From NCBI GenBank assembly GCA_049700835.1, contig JBNAUL010000002.1, forward strand, positions 142,129-206,128: a DNA stretch of 64,000 nucleotides. Reading direction: 5' to 3'. The position numbers were made by a program, and so were the translations under genes. Positions within the stretch are counted from its first letter, which is position 1; the number at the start of each line of letters is the position of its first letter. The notes below the pieces were generated by a model. The model was given only the letters and a program-made list of their open reading frames with translations. It made no database searches and was not told the origin of the DNA. The DNA is from Candidatus Woesearchaeota archaeon (GTDB taxonomy: Archaea; Nanobdellota; Nanobdellia; Woesearchaeales; WAPY01). Shown one piece after another: positions 59,091 through 64,000 of this stretch.

Positions 59091-60263
59091 TTAGTGAAGT
59101 TTGTATTTTTCAAATTTGTTTCCATAAAGATATTCTTCTTCTTTTTTTGTAAGCCCCTCAAGCTCCCCGTCATAAACAATCCAAATCTCTTCTTTGTGGG
59201 AGTTTATATTTATTTTCAATCTTAAATAATCAGGAAATAATTTTTTCTCCATTTTATAAGTCCTGTCTTTAAAATCAAGCACGCATGTTTTTATCTTCTT
59301 CCTTGTAGATATGTCAAAACCTTCAATCACATTCTTTATGGTTGTGCCTGTGTCAACTAAATCATCAACAATCAGAACCAAATCATAGGCAGTTGCCTTT
59401 GATTTGTTAGGAACAATGTATTTTAATTCCAACTCTTCCTTTGTCATATTTATGTAGCTTGAAGCAATTATAACTCCAACATCAACATTCAATCTTGAGT
59501 CCTTTTTTATCTTTTCAGATATGCAATTTGCCAACGAAGAACCTCCTCTCTGAATTCCATATATAAGCACTTTTTTTGCATCATTTTTTTCTGCATAATC
59601 AATCATTCTTTCTCCAAAATAATAACCGCTATTTCTTATAAACTCAAAACTATGAAATACCTTTCTTGGAAGCCAACTGTTCCTTTTAAGCTGTTCATCG
59701 TATTCGTAAAATAACGAGAAACTTATGTTTAGAACATTACTATTTTCAGAATCGTTTTTTCTGAGTTCATTCAGTTTTTTAATTGCGTTTTCATAATCCA
59801 TTGGAGAAATCCTTATTTTTGAGTCCTTGAAAATCAAATCAAAGAAAATTTGTTTTTCATTAGAATTTTTTCTGAATTCAAAATTTTTCTTTTTAAGAAT
59901 TTTTTCCAAAGAGCCAAAATCTGTTTTATCTTTAATTCCAAGGCACAAATCCAATCTGTTTTTTTCCAAGTCAAATGGTTTTAACTCTCCGAAAAGGCAG
60001 CCATTGAAATTGACTTTCAAAATATCAACTATGTGCTTTGATTTTAACTCGTCTTCGTGCCCTTCTTTGAGGTTAACTATTTCTGCTCCAAGGTTTTTCT
60101 TAACATTTAGAGAAAAGTCCCTCCAATGGTTCTCTCCAATAACGATGTCTGAATTGTCAAAATCAGAACTTTGGATAACAAAGAATCCTTTATGTTCTGT
60201 GCTTTCCTGCAAGGCATTCTCTATGATTTTCTCTATTCTTTTTACAGTAGTAACTTCAGCCAT
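59091..60263 (-). CDS. fusion protein: unknown ~200-aa N-terminal domain plus purine-type phosphoribosyltransferase domain
   Basis: PRPP-binding motif YDLVLIVDDLVDTGTTIKNV, preceded by IYGIQRGGSSLAN. The stop lies 11 nt before the HD-GYP ATG. Confidence 0.75.
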   Translation of the reverse strand: MAEVTTVKRIEKIIENALQESTEHKGFFVIQSSDFDNSDIVIGENHWRDFSLNVKKNLGAEIVNLKEGHEDELKSKHIVDILKVNFNGCLFGELKPFDLEKNRLDLCLGIKDKTDFGSLEKILKKKNFEFRKNSNEKQIFFDLIFKDSKIRISPMDYENAIKKLNELRKNDSENSNVLNISFSLFYEYDEQLKRNSWLPRKVFHSFEFIRNSGYYFGERMIDYAEKNDAKKVLIYGIQRGGSSLANCISEKIKKDSRLNVDVGVIIASSYINMTKEELELKYIVPNKSKATAYDLVLIVDDLVDTGTTIKNVIEGFDISTRKKIKTCVLDFKDRTYKMEKKLFPDYLRLKININSHKEEIWIVYDGELEGLTKKEEEYLYGNKFEKYKLH

Positions 60264-60928
60264 GCATTATAGAAAGCATTCCGTATTTAAATGTTTCTGT
60301 TTTTTAAGCTTTGAAATGAAAAGTTTTTTATCATCATCAAGCAAGAGCTATTAAACAAAAATATCAAGGAAAGAAAACTATTTTGCATAAATTCGTTTTA
60401 GATTTTTAAAGTCAAAGTTATCTGCTGAACTCAATTGATCTGCATTTTTAGAAAAACTATCTATGCAGGATAAACAATCTTTTCTTCTTTTATCAGTTTC
60501 AGAATTGAATGGCAAAAGTTTTTTGTTCTTAATATATCAATTTTATAAAATGCATCTTACATCTTTAATTTAAAGTATTGCAATTCTGAATATGAAATCA
60601 TTCTTAGAACTCTTTTTTTCTCTTTTCTAAAAAATTTATTATGTTTATCAAATCCTCTTTTGATGGAAGCTTTCTATCTGTGTCAGCATTATGGTATCCT
60701 ATTGCAAATAATTTTCCACCCACTAAATTAATCGAGTGTTGTAACAAAGCGTGACCTGTAGATAGCTCATCATAAAGATTCTTCGCTTAATTGTTCAATC
60801 ACAGATTTTTCTAATTCTTTCATTTTTTACTTCTACTACTATTTAGATTAAAACAAAGAATTAGAAAAGTGACTGAACAAAAAAAATAAAAATTTAAAAA
60901 TTTAAAAATTTAATTTATTTTTTCTTTT

Positions 60929-61711
60929 TTACTTTCTTCTTAAAATCCAACCAAAAATTCCTGTGATTTTCTTTTCTTTTTGCACGGATTGTTGCAACCT
61001 TTGTTGCTCCTGCTGCATGAGCATTAATTGCTCTTGAAGCATTTCTTTAACTTCTTCTGTGCATTCAGTGCAGTTGTTTATGCTTTCATTTATTTTGCTA
61101 ATCATTTCCTGCAATCTCAAGGTTTCATTCTCAATTTGCTTCACTGTCTTTAAATCACTTCCAAATAAAAACCTTAAAACCTTGTTTCTATTCTTAAGTT
61201 TTTCCTCATGCCTCAAAGTGCTCTGTATTGAATTATTAAAGTTCCTTGCAATTTCAGAAACATTCTTACCAATCCCGCCTGTTAAATTTTCCATTGCCAA
61301 AAAGGCATGAACAGCCAATCTTACTTTGTTATTGTTTTCAACCCTAATTCTTTCCTGCTCATTAAGCCCTTCTATTTCCTTATCCAATTCGCTTTTCAGC
61401 TTTGTGAGATTATCCCTCAAAAACTTTATCTGATTTCTCACTTCTTCTCTAACTTGTTCTCTTTCTTCTAAACTAAGATTGGAATAGTTCTTTAAAATTT
61501 CTCTTAACTCAATTCTTTGTTCTTTTATCTGCTGAGTTAAATTTCTAGTTATATTTCTAATTTCCTGATTTTTTATTAGCAACGGAGTTCCATTTCCCTG
61601 CAAGTTTCCTAATGGTGTTTTTTCTTCGTTAAGTCCTTTTTGAGCCATAACAGATGTTGCCAAAAACAAGAAAAATAAGATGCTTAAAGTTTTTAAAAAA
61701 CTCTTTTTCAT
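60929..61711 (-). CDS. secreted/anchored coiled-coil protein, hypothetical
   Basis: Signal/TM segment MKKSFLKTLSILFFLFLATSVMA followed by a long E/K/Q/L-rich helix. ATG 61711 has an upstream AAGGGTGA SD. Confidence 0.5.
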   Translation of the reverse strand: MKKSFLKTLSILFFLFLATSVMAQKGLNEEKTPLGNLQGNGTPLLIKNQEIRNITRNLTQQIKEQRIELREILKNYSNLSLEEREQVREEVRNQIKFLRDNLTKLKSELDKEIEGLNEQERIRVENNNKVRLAVHAFLAMENLTGGIGKNVSEIARNFNNSIQSTLRHEEKLKNRNKVLRFLFGSDLKTVKQIENETLRLQEMISKINESINNCTECTEEVKEMLQEQLMLMQQEQQRLQQSVQKEKKITGIFGWILRRK

Positions 61712-61836
61712 GCTATCACCCTTATCCGCCAATAATTTTATTTTATATTTAAACTTTTTGTTTTTTAATTTTTAACAATGCTAATATTTAAGGTTTTTGT
61801 TTTCAGCAAGTTTTTCAGTTTTTAACCAAAATATTA

Positions 61837-62882
61837 TTATAAGAAAAGCACAGCAACAAAAAAGTAGATTGTTATTGTAACAATATCGCTGAGCATTGTT
61901 GCAAACGGCCCTGTTGCAACAGCAGGGTCAAGCTTAAAGAGTTTAAAGATTAATGGAAACAAAGTTGAGATTGAAATTCCTGCTACCATGCTCAAAAACA
62001 TTGCCAAACCAACTATCAGTCCAAGCATTGGTTCTTTCCATCCTATAAGCGCAACTGCATAAATCAGAAACCCGCAAATGAGTGATAAGATGGCAGCGAC
62101 CTTTGCCTCTCTCAAAAGATACTTTTTTATAGAGAGTTCTGGATTAAGAGCAAGAGCCCTTACTGTCAATGTCTCTGACTGAGTTCCTGCAGCATCGTCA
62201 TGTAAACCATGACAGGCATAAATGCTGCAAGGACAATGTACTTGTTTAAAACGCTTTCAAATGTGCCTACTATTGAAGCAGCAATTGTTCCTCCTAAAAT
62301 TCCAACTATGAGCCATGGAAATCTCAATTTTATCATGAGCCATGGAGGAGCCATTGTTGGAGTGAATTTTTTATCAACCTTATGAACTATTCCTCCAAAC
62401 TTGAAAACATCCTCCCGCACTTCTTTGTTGAATATGTCCAATATCACGTCAGTTGGTATTACTCCAAGCAAGCGCTGTTTTTCGTCAACAATAGGAATTG
62501 ATTTTACTTTGTTGGATAGTGCTAAATAAACAATTCTTTCTTGAGGGGTTTTTGGAGTAGCAGTTATCAGTTTTGTATTCATTATACCTGCGACTTTTTC
62601 ATTCTTATTCTTAACTCTGAATAATTCCTTTATTGAAAAAACTCCTCTCAAAACATTGTTGTCGTCAATTGCATACACATAATCAATTGTTTCATACAAC
62701 GAAATGTTATTTTTCAACAATTTTTCAACGCTGCCTATTGTTTCCCAAATTTTAACCTTTGGGACATTTGTTATCATCCTGGTTCCAGCAGAATTTTCAG
62801 GGTAATTGCTGGATTTTTTATGTTCTTTTTCTCTCTCCATTTTTATCATTATTTTTTTATTTAGCTCTTGTTTAGTACACAT
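61837..62882 (-). pseudogene. mgtE: MgtE-type Mg2+ transporter (CBS pair plus TM domain) split by one frameshift
   Basis: The CBS region and first TM segment end ...LAAFMPVMVYM, then the frame is lost. The next frame reads DDAAGTQSETLTVRALALNPEL..., matching the conserved MgtE P-x-x-x-x-GGNxGxQ block. The lesion is near 62196-62201 (ATGAC where ATGGAC is expected). Confidence 0.78.
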
Positions 62883-62954
62883 TATTTTTTATTATTTTTC
62901 TTTTTTTGCATTTGAACAGTTATTCTTTATTAAACTTAAGAAATTTAAAACTTT

Positions 62955-63703
62955 TTATTTTGTTGCCTTCACAAACCAGTCCCAAAGCTTTTCTTCCTTT
63001 GGAAATCTTTCATAATCGCCAATGTCTGACTTCCAAGAATATTCTACCTTGCTTATACTAATGTTTTTAAAACCTGCTTTTCTGAAAAGATACTTAAGCT
63101 CGTGCAAGTAAAAAAACTTTTGCTTGTACTTTCCTTCCCTAAAATAACCAAACAAAAAATCCATTTTTTAAGCCCTAGCTTTTCTTTTACTCTTCTCTTT
63201 GCAGTGTTTTCCCTTGTTCTTTTAAGTTCTGAATTAAGCACCAAAAGACCATGATAGAGTAAAGATTCCATTGAAGGAACTATAATAAAGCAAACTCCGT
63301 CTTCTTTTAGAGAATTGTTTATGTTCTTGAGCGCTCTCTTTATTTCCTTGAATGATGGCATAAGTAAGGAATTAATTGAAAGAACAACATCAAACTTGTT
63401 GATGTGCTTCATCCTCACCATGTTTTCCTTTTTTACAACAACATTTTTTAACTCAGAACATTTTTCTCGAGCCATCTTAACCATCTTTAAGGAAAAATCA
63501 GTCGCGTAAACCTTCTTGAATTTTTTAGAAAGAAATTCACCTAAGACAAAATATCCGCAACCGAACTCTGCAATAACTTTTTTCTTTTTGTTTCTTATCT
63601 TCTTTATCTCACTGTAAAGGGGATTTTTCACCTTCTGTTGGAATGGTGAGATAACCTCATCATAATAGCTCTCTGCTATTTCATCCCACTCCCCACTCTT
63701 CAT
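62955..63703 (-). pseudogene. class I SAM-dependent methyltransferase with one frameshift in an A6 run
   Basis: Motif I VIAEFGCGYF, post-I YATDFS. The true C-terminus (DFLFGYFREGKYKQKFFYLHELKYLFRKAGFKNISI) lies in the -1 frame after CTTAAAAAATGG (plus-strand T-run 63164-63169). Confidence 0.75.
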
Positions 63704-63791
63704 GATTTTGAATAATGCAAAACTTTATTTAAAAGTTATGATTTTTAGAAAAGAAATTTTGATTTTAAATTTTGCAATTTCCCAAAAAATC

Positions 63792-64000
63792 TCAAGAAAG
63801 AGCAACGATGAACAACGCTTGGGACCATCCCAGTGGAGTGTTCTCGTTGTGCTCGTTGGAATCGCCAAAATACAATTCTGGAAGTTCTGAATTTGCATTC
63901 ATGACTTCTATTGTTTTTCTCATATAGTGAGCATATTTTTCAGGATTGTTAAAATTTCTGTAGATTATTGCAAGCCAAGGAAATCCCATTGTCCATTCTG
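63792..64000 (-). CDS. C-terminal part of a glycoside hydrolase family 15 (glucoamylase-like) protein, 5' end outside the window
   Basis: ...ELPELYFGDSNEHNENTPLGWSQALFIVA resembles the GH15 C-terminal LPEQ...PL.WSHA block. The frame is open to the window edge. Confidence 0.65.
   Translation of the reverse strand, partial: EWTMGFPWLAIIYRNFNNPEKYAHYMRKTIEVMNANSELPELYFGDSNEHNENTPLGWSQALFIVALS

Overview
This is a strongly AT-rich archaeal chromosomal window, densely packed with about 60 CDS and 5 tRNA genes and no rRNA. The core is archaeal information processing. It includes rpoH-rpoB''-rpoB'-rpoA'-rpoA'', TFE, aIF2 alpha and gamma, and Nop10. Ribosomal proteins S12, S6e, S15, S27e and L30e are present, along with NusA-KH, aCPSF1 and the proteasome beta subunit. 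Replication and repair genes include a compact PriS-PriL-type primase, a RecJ/GAN-like protein, ATP-dependent DNA ligase, an Lhr helicase, ScpB and GyrA. ProRS and Met-aminopeptidase are also present. The small-genome style, fused primase, intron-rich tRNAs and Lys/Glu-rich tails suggest a DPANN-like archaeon; that is inference only. The most notable points are as follows. (1) Four of the five tRNA genes carry introns; tRNA-Asp has a T-loop intron and tRNA-Lys has both D-loop and T-loop introns. (2) Bacterial-type nucleotide-signalling genes are present: a full-length RelA/SpoT homologue, and an HD-GYP gene in an operon with a PRTase fusion protein. (3) A decayed Cas6 relic lies beside a tRNA pair, with no CRISPR array. 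(4) Six genes are disrupted. Four of the lesions are single missing bases in A/T homopolymers, and three of those fall on canonical -1 slippery heptamers. (5) A strong consensus promoter drives a long hairpin RNA upstream of the tRNA-Asp/Lys pair. (6) The usual rpo-L30e-NusA-S12 supercluster is fragmented. No transposase, integrase, intein or CRISPR array was seen. No BLAST, HMM or RNA-folding tools were run, so all family calls rest on motifs read by eye.
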